Assembly (NCBI GenBank): GCA_020632715.1
Contig: JACKFA010000002.1
Location: 578,122-642,121, forward strand
DNA from: Deltaproteobacteria bacterium
Lineage (GTDB): Bacteria; Myxococcota_A; UBA9042; PHBI01
Length of the DNA: 64,000 bases
Direction of reading: 5' to 3'
Both the position numbers and the translations under genes were made by a program. Below, in pieces: positions 9,677-17,452 of this stretch (positions within the stretch are counted from its first letter, which is position 1; every line of letters starts with the position of its first letter). Below the pieces are notes generated by a model, which ran no database searches, was not told the DNA's origin, and saw only the letters and a program-made list of their open reading frames with translations.

Positions 9677-11487
9677 CGGTCCTCTCCGGTCTCGAAGATC
9701 GGGTTGTGCTGCGCCACGCGCCCATCGACGCGGCGCGGGCGCTTGATCATGTCGCCGAGGTCGGCGCCGGCGGGGACCATCGGGTAGACCGAGTCCTCCT
9801 GCTCGACGCGGAAGTCGATGACGACCGTGCCCGGGTGGGCCTCGGCCTCACGCACGGCCGCGGCGAGGTCCGCGCGGCTCTCGACGCGCATCCCCTTGAG
9901 CCCGTGCGCGTCCGCGAGCTTCACGAAGTCGGGGCTCTTGATGGGCGTCGCGACGTAGCGCCCGCCGTAGAAGAACTCCTGCCACTGGCGGACCATCCCG
10001 AGGAAGCCGTTGTTGATGATGGCGATGTTGACCTTGATGTCCTCCTGGACGCAGGTCGTGAGCTCGCACGCCGTCATCTGGAAGCCGCCGTCGCCGACGA
10101 CGACCCACACGGACTTGCCGGGGTCCGCCGCGAAGCGCGCGCCGATGGCGGCGGGGAGGGCGAAGCCCATCGTCCCGAGGCCGCCCGACGTGATGAGCGA
10201 GCGCGGCTCGTCGTGATGGTAGTACTGCGCCTCCCACATCTGGTGCTGGCCGACGTCCGTGACGACGACGGCGCGCCCCTCGGTGAGGCGCCAGAGGTCG
10301 TGGATGACGTGCGCGGCGTAGAGCTTGCCGAGGTCGGGGAGGTGCTGGATGTCGCGGACGGCGCTGTCGCCCTTGAGCTCGGCGATGCGCGCGGTCCACG
10401 CGGGGCGCTCGACCCCGGTGAGGCCCGGCTGCATGAGCTCGAGCACCTTCTTCAGGTCGCCGATGATGGGCACGTCGACCTTCACGTTCTTGTTGATCTC
10501 GCTCGGATCGAGCTCGACGTGCACCTTGCGCGCGCCGGGGGCGAAGGTCTTCAGGTTGCCCGTGACGCGGTCGTCGAAGCGCATCCCGAACGCGAGGAGG
10601 AGGTCGGCCTCCTGGATGGCCGTGTTGACCCACGCTTCGCCGTGCATGCCCATCATGCCGAGGTTCTGCGCGTGGCTCGCAGGGAAGCCGCCGAGGCCGA
10701 GGAGCGTGCAGGCGACCGGGATCCCGCTCGCGTCGACGAAGCGCGTGAGGGCCTCGGTGGCGCCCGACTTCACGACGCCCTGGCCGGCGAGGATGACCGG
10801 GCGCTTCGCCTTCGCGATGAGCTCGAGGGCCTGCGCGACGTGGTCGTCCTTCGGGACGTAGACCGGGCGGTACCCCGGGAGGGTGACCGGCTCGTCGCTC
10901 CACTCGAACGTCGTCGACTCCTGCTGCGCGTTCTTGCAGATGTCGACGAGGACGGGGCCCGGGCGGCCCGAGCGGGCGATGTAGAACGCCTCGCGCATGA
11001 CGGGGACGATCTCGTCGACGCTCGTCACGAGGTAGTTGTGCTTCGTGATGGGGAGCGTGACGCCGGTGATGTCGATCTCCTGGAAGGCGTCGCTCCCGAG
11101 GAGGTTCGCGCCGACCTGGCCCGTGATGCAGACGATCGGGCTCGAGTCGAGCATGGCGGTCGCGATGCCCGTGACGAGGTTCGTGGCGCCGGGGCCCGAG
11201 GTCGCGACGCACACGCCGACCTGCCCGGAGGCGCGCGCGTAGCCGTCGGCCATGTGGGAGGCGCCCTGCTCGTGGCGCACGAGCACGTGCCGGATGGGGT
11301 ACTGGATCATGGCGTCGTAGGCCGGCATGATCGCGCCGCCCGGGTAGCCGAAGACGACGTCCACGCCTTCGCGCAGGAGCACCTCCCAGATGATCTGCGC
11401 GCCGGTGAGCACCTCGCCGCGGCGGTCGGGCATGGTCTCGCGGGAGAGGGGCGCGGGCTCGGTCGGGTTCGGCGCGTTGCTGGACAT
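9673..11487 (-). CDS. ilvB: Acetolactate synthase large (catalytic) subunit
   Basis: 604-aa TPP enzyme with GYPGGAIMP, GPGATNLVTGIATA, GDGGFQMT. The ATG at 11487 is preceded by GAGGTCC. Confidence 0.9.
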   Translation of the reverse strand: MSSNAPNPTEPAPLSRETMPDRRGEVLTGAQIIWEVLLREGVDVVFGYPGGAIMPAYDAMIQYPIRHVLVRHEQGASHMADGYARASGQVGVCVATSGPGATNLVTGIATAMLDSSPIVCITGQVGANLLGSDAFQEIDITGVTLPITKHNYLVTSVDEIVPVMREAFYIARSGRPGPVLVDICKNAQQESTTFEWSDEPVTLPGYRPVYVPKDDHVAQALELIAKAKRPVILAGQGVVKSGATEALTRFVDASGIPVACTLLGLGGFPASHAQNLGMMGMHGEAWVNTAIQEADLLLAFGMRFDDRVTGNLKTFAPGARKVHVELDPSEINKNVKVDVPIIGDLKKVLELMQPGLTGVERPAWTARIAELKGDSAVRDIQHLPDLGKLYAAHVIHDLWRLTEGRAVVVTDVGQHQMWEAQYYHHDEPRSLITSGGLGTMGFALPAAIGARFAADPGKSVWVVVGDGGFQMTACELTTCVQEDIKVNIAIINNGFLGMVRQWQEFFYGGRYVATPIKSPDFVKLADAHGLKGMRVESRADLAAAVREAEAHPGTVVIDFRVEQEDSVYPMVPAGADLGDMIKRPRRVDGRVAQHNPIFETGEDR

Positions 11488-11545
11488 CGGAGGACCTCGG
11501 CGGGTCGCGGGAGGGACGGCGCGGCGCGCGTCACCCTCCCGGTGC

Positions 11546-11569
11546 GAAAAACCCCCGCGCGGGCGGGGG
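11546..11569 (-). terminator. Intrinsic-terminator-like GC hairpin plus T5 run on the minus strand, ~58 nt upstream of the ilvB start. Either a candidate attenuator or the terminator of the upstream OPT gene.
   Basis: The minus strand reads cccccgc-ccgc-gcggggg followed by ttttt; the + strand shows aaaaacccccgcgcgggcgggggt. Stem and U-run are in the correct order for minus-strand transcription. Confidence 0.4.
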
Positions 11570-11805
11570 TCGATGAGTGCTCGAAGGGGTGCTCGTCATC
11601 GACGTCCGCGGCGCATGCGCAGGCGTACGAGGGCGAGGAAGCGCGGGTCGACGTGCCGCGGCAGGCGGGCCGGGGCGAGGGGACGGGTGTCGGGAAACGT
11701 GCGCTCCACGCTGTCAGACTGAGGTTTATGACGCGCTGTGTCAACCTTCACAGCGGCCGCCTCCGCGCCCGAGGCGGGGGCCTCGGGCGGCGGGGCGGGG
11801 GGCGC

Positions 11806-11820
11806 GTGAACGTCGTTCAC
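11806..11820. promoter_or_regulatory. Perfect 15-bp palindrome GTGAACGTCGTTCAC in the ilvB upstream region. Candidate dimeric-regulator operator.
   Basis: Read from the sequence. It lies between the OPT stop (11906) and ilvB, next to the AT-richer stretch ggttgacacagcgcgtcataaacctcagtct (minus sense). Confidence 0.3.
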
Positions 11821-11905
11821 CGTGGGCGAGGCGGCCGCGGCGCGCGCGGCCCGACGCTGTCTCCGAAGCGAGGACTCACGCCCCAAGCGCGCCTCCGTGA
11901 CCGGG

Positions 11906-13918
11906 TCAGCCGGTGAAGACCAGGTTGTTCAGGATCGCCGAGATGACGCCGATGATCGACACGCCCGCGATGAGGCCGGCGGCGACCGGGATGAGGTACG
12001 TCTCCGCGTGCTCCGGCGCGCGGCGCTTCCAGGCCCACGCGATCGCGGCGCCGAGGAAGATGGAGAACGGGTACTGGAACGGGAGGATCATCCCGAGGCC
12101 GATGCCGGTCGCGGACGGGATCGGGTTCCACTTCCAGCTCTTCGGCCGCACCTTCTCGAGCAGCACGAGGACGACGCCGACGAGGCCGCCCCAGAGCATG
12201 AGGCTTCGGTGGGTCGGGTGCATGTTGTCGAAGCCGAGGGCGAACACCTCCGCGACGGCCTTCCAGGCCTGCGCGGCGGGGGCCGGGAAGCGCGGCGCGG
12301 CCTCGCCGACGCCGGTGAGCGCGGTCGCGTCGGGGACGAGGAGGTAGAAGCCGCCGACCATGGCGGCCGTGCCGGCGAAGATACCGAGGAACTGGGCGAC
12401 GAACTGGCGGCGCGGGTTCGCGCCGAGGAGGTAGCCGGACTTCAGGTCGGTCAGGAGATCGGCCGAGGACGTCGCGCAGTTCGACGTGATCGACGCGGTC
12501 ATGAGGTTCGCGGCCGTCGACTGCGGGATGAGCACGCCGTAGGTGAGCTGCGTGATCTTCCCCATCGCGCCGATCGGGGTGATGTCCGTCTCGCCGGTGG
12601 CGCGGGCGGCGACCAGGGCGAGGAAGAAGGTCATGAGCACGGCGAGGATCCCGAAGTACCAGGGGATGCCGAACCACACCTCGCCGACGATGGCGATGCC
12701 GACGCCGAAGAGGGCGACGCCGCCGATGAACCAGCGCCCCGGAACCTCCGTGGCGTTGACGAGGTCGTCCGCGCCGCCGCCGCCGCCGAAGCCGCGGAAC
12801 GCGCGCGCGATGGTGCGCCAGCCGAGCGCGAACGCGAGGAGCCCGGACGTGACCATCATCGGCACGCCGAACCAGATCCCGCTCTCCTTCCACGCCTTCC
12901 AGGGCTTCGACACGGCCATGACGGTCGCACCGGCGGCGTTCGTCCAGGCGTCGGTCAGGCCCTCGGGACCGAGCGCGTAGTTGAGCGCGAGGTTCCCGAT
13001 GAGCATCCAGAAGGCGATGCGGATCCCGATGATCGCGCCGGCGCCGATCATGACGGGGTTGTGGTCCATGACGAGCGTCCAGTCGCTCGGCTTGTAGTGC
13101 TCGGTCTTGCCGTCGACGACGTGCGTCCCGAAGGCCGGGATCCAGTCGAAGAGCTTCGAGTCGGCGGGGAGGAGGGCCGCCCGGACGCGCTCGCCAGCCT
13201 CGACGGCCCAGGTGAGCTTCATGTCGATGAAGACCGGGAACACGCCGCCCGCGGCCATCGCCCAGAGGAGCGCCTTCGCCTTCTTCGCGGCGATGGCGCC
13301 CTGCGAGTATAGGGCCTGGAGCGTCGCGGCGGCGGCCGTGCCCGACGGGAAGCGGAGGCGCTCGCGGTTGATGAGGTTCCGCTTCATCGGGATGGCCATG
13401 ACCGTGCCGAGCGCGCCGAGGAGCAGCGTCCAGAGCACGAGCGAGATCGGCTCGAGCTCGTGGCCGAGCATGAGCATGGCGGGGATCGCGGAGACCATCG
13501 TGCTGCCGGTCGCGTAGCCGGCGGCGCTCGCGGTGGACTGCATGCAGTTCGTCTCGAGGATGGTCATGGGCGAGCGCGCGATGCCGATCGCCATGAAGCC
13601 GTTCCAGAGCGCGAACGACAGGATGCAGGCGGTGAGCGCGACGCCGAGACCCCAGCCGGTCATGAGCCCGACGTAGAGGTTCGTGAAGGCGAGGAAGAAC
13701 CCGAGGAACGTGCCGAGGAGCACCGCGCGGATGGTGAGCTGCGGGACGTGGGCGCCGCGGTAGACCTTCGCGTACCACTCGTCCTCGTCCATCTCGAGGA
13801 CCTGGTCCGGCGGGATGTCGAGGGGGCCGAAGCGGGCGGCCTCCTCGGCGTTCTTCGGCGCCTTCTGGAAGAGCGGCTCGCGGCGCGGGCGGGTCGGCAT
13901 CGGGGGGGATGAGGACAT
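11906..13918 (-). CDS. OPT-family oligopeptide transporter
   Basis: Polytopic membrane protein (~16 TM segments) with OPT-family character. Start chosen at MSSSPPMPTRPRREP (ATG 13918, GAGGAG upstream). The ORF-track start at 14014 adds an Arg-rich extension. Confidence 0.8.
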   Translation of the reverse strand: MSSSPPMPTRPRREPLFQKAPKNAEEAARFGPLDIPPDQVLEMDEDEWYAKVYRGAHVPQLTIRAVLLGTFLGFFLAFTNLYVGLMTGWGLGVALTACILSFALWNGFMAIGIARSPMTILETNCMQSTASAAGYATGSTMVSAIPAMLMLGHELEPISLVLWTLLLGALGTVMAIPMKRNLINRERLRFPSGTAAAATLQALYSQGAIAAKKAKALLWAMAAGGVFPVFIDMKLTWAVEAGERVRAALLPADSKLFDWIPAFGTHVVDGKTEHYKPSDWTLVMDHNPVMIGAGAIIGIRIAFWMLIGNLALNYALGPEGLTDAWTNAAGATVMAVSKPWKAWKESGIWFGVPMMVTSGLLAFALGWRTIARAFRGFGGGGGADDLVNATEVPGRWFIGGVALFGVGIAIVGEVWFGIPWYFGILAVLMTFFLALVAARATGETDITPIGAMGKITQLTYGVLIPQSTAANLMTASITSNCATSSADLLTDLKSGYLLGANPRRQFVAQFLGIFAGTAAMVGGFYLLVPDATALTGVGEAAPRFPAPAAQAWKAVAEVFALGFDNMHPTHRSLMLWGGLVGVVLVLLEKVRPKSWKWNPIPSATGIGLGMILPFQYPFSIFLGAAIAWAWKRRAPEHAETYLIPVAAGLIAGVSIIGVISAILNNLVFTG

Positions 13919-14114
13919 GGTGGCGCGGTCTCCTCGCCGGGGGAGACGATCCGATGCCACGGATGCGCGCCGTTGAAAAGGCGGTCCCGCGCCCGGCGCG
14001 CCGCGCGTCGACACCGGGCCGGGCCCGAGACGCCGCGAGGCGACCCGAAGGCCGCCTCGCAGGGGGTTCGATGTGGCGAACGGCGCGCCGCCTACGCGCG
14101 CCGCCTACGCGCGA

Positions 14115-14504
14115 TCAGTCGTCGTCGTCGCCGCCGCCGTCGTCCTCGATCTCGCCGCCGTCGTCGTCGCCGCCGTCATCGCCGTCGCTGTCCCCGTCGC
14201 CGTCGCCGTCGTCGAGCGACTCGAAGACGCGGTCCATGTCGTCGAGCTCGGCCATGGCGATCTCTTCGTCGTCGAGGCCGCCGAGGATGCGCGAGCGCTT
14301 CTGGTCGTCGTCCTCGTCGCTCGCGTCCTTCGACGACGTCGCGACCCACTTGGCCGGCTCCGGCGGCTTGATGTCCGCGATGGCCGTCTTGCACTTCGGG
14401 CAGGCAGCGACCTTCCCGTTCAGGTCGTAGAAGCGCGCGCCGCAGTTGCAGACGTGCTTCGTGCCGAGGTCCTTCGAGACCTTGGATGCAGACGCGATGA
14501 CCAC
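14115..14504 (-). CDS. FYDLN_acid family protein (TIGR02300-like). A zinc-ribbon CxxC...CxxC around an RFYDLN motif, followed by a Asp/Glu-rich low-complexity tail.
   Basis: ...KDLGTKHVCNCGARFYDLNGKVAACPKCKT... then DASDEDDDQ...DDGDGDGDSDGDDGGDDDGGEIEDDGGGDDDD. Putative GTG start at 14504 with AGGAG 11 nt upstream. The ORF-track N-terminal 34 residues are unsupported. Confidence 0.6.
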   Translation of the reverse strand: MVIASASKVSKDLGTKHVCNCGARFYDLNGKVAACPKCKTAIADIKPPEPAKWVATSSKDASDEDDDQKRSRILGGLDDEEIAMAELDDMDRVFESLDDGDGDGDSDGDDGGDDDGGEIEDDGGGDDDD

Positions 14505-14897
14505 TGTTCGGTTGCTCCTGGTGAGGGGCGGGTACGCTTTCGCGCGGCAGCCGAAACGCTCGAGCGGGAGGCCACCGCGACCCCCGCGCCCTGCAACGAC
14601 GAGCATCGGGCGCCCGTCGTAGCTACTTTAGCGCCGAGCGGGGCTTTTCAAGCAAAAAAGGACACCGGGTGGCAAGTACTTACGAGCGCGAGACGAACGT
14701 TCGCGAGGCGGCGCCAGCGTCGTCGCCGAGGGACCGGGCGCTCGGCCGCCTGCGGAGCGGCCGCGCGACGTGTCGCCGCGCCGCGATCGCCGCGCCCTGG
14801 AGACCGGTCCGGGGAGGTTCTGCTTGCCTTGGGGCCCCGCGGTGTCGCATTTGACCCCCACGCAGTCGCCGGTCGCGCGGGGAGCGAACGGCGCGGG

Positions 14898-15968
14898 ATG
14901 GGGAAAATGGCTCACGGGAAGCCCGACTACTACGCGATCCTCGGGGTCGCGCGGGACGCCGACGACGCGACGATCAAGGCCGCCTTCCGGAAGCTCGCGC
15001 GCGAGCACCACCCGGATCGGAACCGCGACGCCGGCGCCGAGGACCGCTTCAAGGAGGTCAACGAGGCCTACGCCGTGCTGTCCGACCCGGACAAGCGCCG
15101 CGCCTACGACCTCGGAGACCAACTCGGGGGCGGCTTCGGCGGCTTCGGGGGGGGCGGCGGCGGCTTCGGCGGCTTCGGCTCGTTCTTCGACGAGATCTTC
15201 GGCCGCGGGGGCGGTCAGCGGCGCCCGTCGGGGCCGCGCCCGGGGCGGAACGCGGTCGTCGAGATCGAGGTGCCGCTCGAGACGATCTTCGCGGGCGGCA
15301 AGCACGACGTGCACCTCCGCCGCGAGGAGGAGTGCCACACCTGCGGCGGCAATGGCGCCGCCCCCGGGACGTCGCCCGTCACCTGTGACGAGTGCGGCGG
15401 GGCCGGGCAGAAGGTGGTGCGCCGGCGCCAGGGGAGCGTCGTCTTCCAGCAGGTCTCGCCGTGCGATCGCTGCGGCGGCAGCGGGCACATGGTCAAGGAC
15501 CCGTGCCCGAGCTGCGATGGCTCCGGGACCGAGGAGTCCGACCAGGAGATCACGGTGACGATCCCGATCGGCATCGACGACGGGACGGCGCTGCGCGTGC
15601 CGGGCCTCGGCGAGGCGAGCCCCGACAAGGGCGGGATCCCGGGCGATCTGCACGTCGTCGTGCGCGGGCACGACGAGCGCTTCGAGCGGCGCGGGCAGCA
15701 CCTCATCGTGCGCGAGGAGGTGTCGGTGGTCGACGCGGCGCTCGGCGCGAAGCGGAAGCTCCAGACGCCGTGTGGCACGGTCTCGCTCGAGATCCCCGCG
15801 GGCGTGCAGCCCGGGCACACCATCAAGCTCACGCGCGAGGGGTTGCCGGGGCTCCACGGACGCGGGGGGCGCGGCGACCTCTACGTCGCGGTCGAGGTGA
15901 AGGTGCCGGAGAAGCTCTCGCGCGAGCAGAAGAAGCTCTACGAGCAGCTGAGGAAGCTCGAGAAGTAG
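14898..15968 (+). CDS. dnaJ: DnaJ-family molecular chaperone (J domain, G/F region, four CxxCxGxG zinc-finger repeats, C-terminal substrate domain)
   Basis: DYYAILGVARDADDATIKAAFRKLAREHHPDRN (HPD motif), a GGFGGFGGGGGGFGGFG linker, then CHTCGGNG / CDECGGAG / CDRCGGSG / CPSCDGSG. In-frame ATG at 14898; an alternative start lies at 14907. Confidence 0.8.
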   Translation: MGKMAHGKPDYYAILGVARDADDATIKAAFRKLAREHHPDRNRDAGAEDRFKEVNEAYAVLSDPDKRRAYDLGDQLGGGFGGFGGGGGGFGGFGSFFDEIFGRGGGQRRPSGPRPGRNAVVEIEVPLETIFAGGKHDVHLRREEECHTCGGNGAAPGTSPVTCDECGGAGQKVVRRRQGSVVFQQVSPCDRCGGSGHMVKDPCPSCDGSGTEESDQEITVTIPIGIDDGTALRVPGLGEASPDKGGIPGDLHVVVRGHDERFERRGQHLIVREEVSVVDAALGAKRKLQTPCGTVSLEIPAGVQPGHTIKLTREGLPGLHGRGGRGDLYVAVEVKVPEKLSREQKKLYEQLRKLEK

Positions 15969-16017
15969 CCGAATCGGCGCGCCTTTCCGGAAGGTTGGCG
16001 ACGCCGTCCGGGGGGCT

Positions 16018-16941
16018 GTGTATCATGCCGACATGGTCCCCATGACGGCTCACCGGCTCACCGCGCTCGTGGAAGCGAACGCGGCAGGGCGGCCCCTCGA
16101 CATCGAGACGTACCTCGATGACCTCGACGGGGACGGCGTCGCCGCCGTGGAGCGCGCCGCGCGGGAGCGGCTCGCCGAGCTCCCGACGCCGCTCCACGCC
16201 TCGGAGAGCCCGCTCGCGCTGAGGCGCGCGGCGCTCGAGCGGCTCGCGGCCTTCGCGGCGGATCGGCTCGGGCGGCCCGAGGGCCTGATGGACGTGCTGC
16301 GGCGCGACTGGCTGCGCGGGGACAGCGTGATCCCCTTGCTCCTCGCGCTCGATGAGCGCGGGCGCGGCGACGAGGCGCACTTCACGGCGCGGCTCGCGCT
16401 CATCGGCGCCGAGGGGGACGAGGAGGAGCGCATCGAGCGCTTCCTGTCGGAGGGGGGCGCGCCGCCGGACGGGTGGCCGGACGCGGTGCGGGCGTTCGCG
16501 CGGAGCCCGAGCGTCGAGCGGTTCCGGGATCTGCTGCGCTTCACGCCGCCGGCGGTGTACGAGGCGCGCGTGCGCGGGACGCTGCGCTACCTGCGGCGGC
16601 TCGGGGTGCCGTCGGACACGGTGTTCAAGCTCGCGACGGTCGACGGGATCCGCTCGGAGGCCATCGAGCTCGTCGAGAGCGGGCTCGTCTCGGTGGAGGC
16701 GGTGCTCGCGCGGATCGCGGAGTCGCCGCCCGAGACGGCGCCGTTCTGGTGGGGGCTCGCGGCGCGCGCGGCGTTCGCGCAGGGCGACCACTTCGGGACG
16801 GTGCGCTACCTCGCGGAGGCGTACAAGCGGCCGGAGTCCGAGTACCTGCCGACGATCCAGGCGTTCGACATCCGCGAGCAGGCGAGCGCCGAGCTGCACG
16901 AGATGCTCGACCGAGCCGGCGTGCCGCGCTTCGGGAGGTAG
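16018..16941 (+). CDS. Hypothetical protein of ~307 aa, immediately downstream of dnaJ.
   Basis: Long ORF with coding-like high GC3 and no recognisable motifs. Start ambiguous between MYHADM and MVPMTAHR. Confidence 0.45.
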   Translation: MYHADMVPMTAHRLTALVEANAAGRPLDIETYLDDLDGDGVAAVERAARERLAELPTPLHASESPLALRRAALERLAAFAADRLGRPEGLMDVLRRDWLRGDSVIPLLLALDERGRGDEAHFTARLALIGAEGDEEERIERFLSEGGAPPDGWPDAVRAFARSPSVERFRDLLRFTPPAVYEARVRGTLRYLRRLGVPSDTVFKLATVDGIRSEAIELVESGLVSVEAVLARIAESPPETAPFWWGLAARAAFAQGDHFGTVRYLAEAYKRPESEYLPTIQAFDIREQASAELHEMLDRAGVPRFGR

Positions 16942-17068
16942 CCATCGGGCCTCGCTGACCAGCGCCGGAGCGCCCCCGACCAAGGCCGCGTCGCGGCCGA
17001 CTCGGGGTCGCGCAGGCGCAGGGCAGCGAGGCTTACGTCAGCGATCGGGCCTCGCTGACCAGCGCCGG
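16942..17068. repeat. Two 25-bp direct repeats (atcgggcctcgctgaccagcgccgg) bracketing a 73-bp spacer.
   Basis: Copies at 16943-16967 and 17044-17068. The second copy abuts the stop codon of the AbrB-like gene. Confidence 0.7.
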
Positions 17069-17314
17069 TCAACTGCCGTCTTGCATCCCCAGCGCCGCGT
17101 CGATCTCTGCCAAGGAGAGCGAGCGCGCTACGGAGGGCTGACCTGCGAAGAGCTCGTCGGGCTCGAGCCCGGCCGGGGTCACGACGAGCCGGCCCGTGGC
17201 GTCCGCATGCACGACGACCCGGTCCCCGGCGCGCAGGCGCATCCGCTCGCGCATGTGCCTCGGGATGGTGATTCGGCCTCTCGAGTCTATGACCAGGGGT
17301 TCCATGGTCAGCAT
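17069..17314 (-). CDS. SpoVT/AbrB-domain (MazE/AbrB-like) small DNA-binding protein
   Basis: ...VIDSRGRITIPRHMRERMRLRAGDRVVVHADATGRLVVTPAG is a swapped-hairpin AbrB-type motif. No adjacent toxin gene. Start uncertain (ATG at 17314 or 17305); no clear SD. Confidence 0.45.
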   Translation of the reverse strand: MLTMEPLVIDSRGRITIPRHMRERMRLRAGDRVVVHADATGRLVVTPAGLEPDELFAGQPSVARSLSLAEIDAALGMQDGS

Positions 17315-17452
17315 GGTAGCCGGACCCGGGTCGGCGGGCGAGGGTTGGCAGGTCGACGGGGCGGCCATGCGTTGGCGCCGGCCGCGTCCATCCACGGGTG
17401 CCATCTCGTGCTCGCTCCGCCGCGGCCGAGCGAACGCGCTGGCTCGGGTGCG

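Noticed and set aside
11570-11905. Search for a Val/Leu/Ile-rich leader peptide for ilvB attenuation
   Set aside because: The only small ORFs upstream of the hairpin (MRRGRR; a 52-aa ORF ending RFLALVRLRMRRGRR) are not enriched in branched-chain residues, so a classical ilv leader peptide is not supported.
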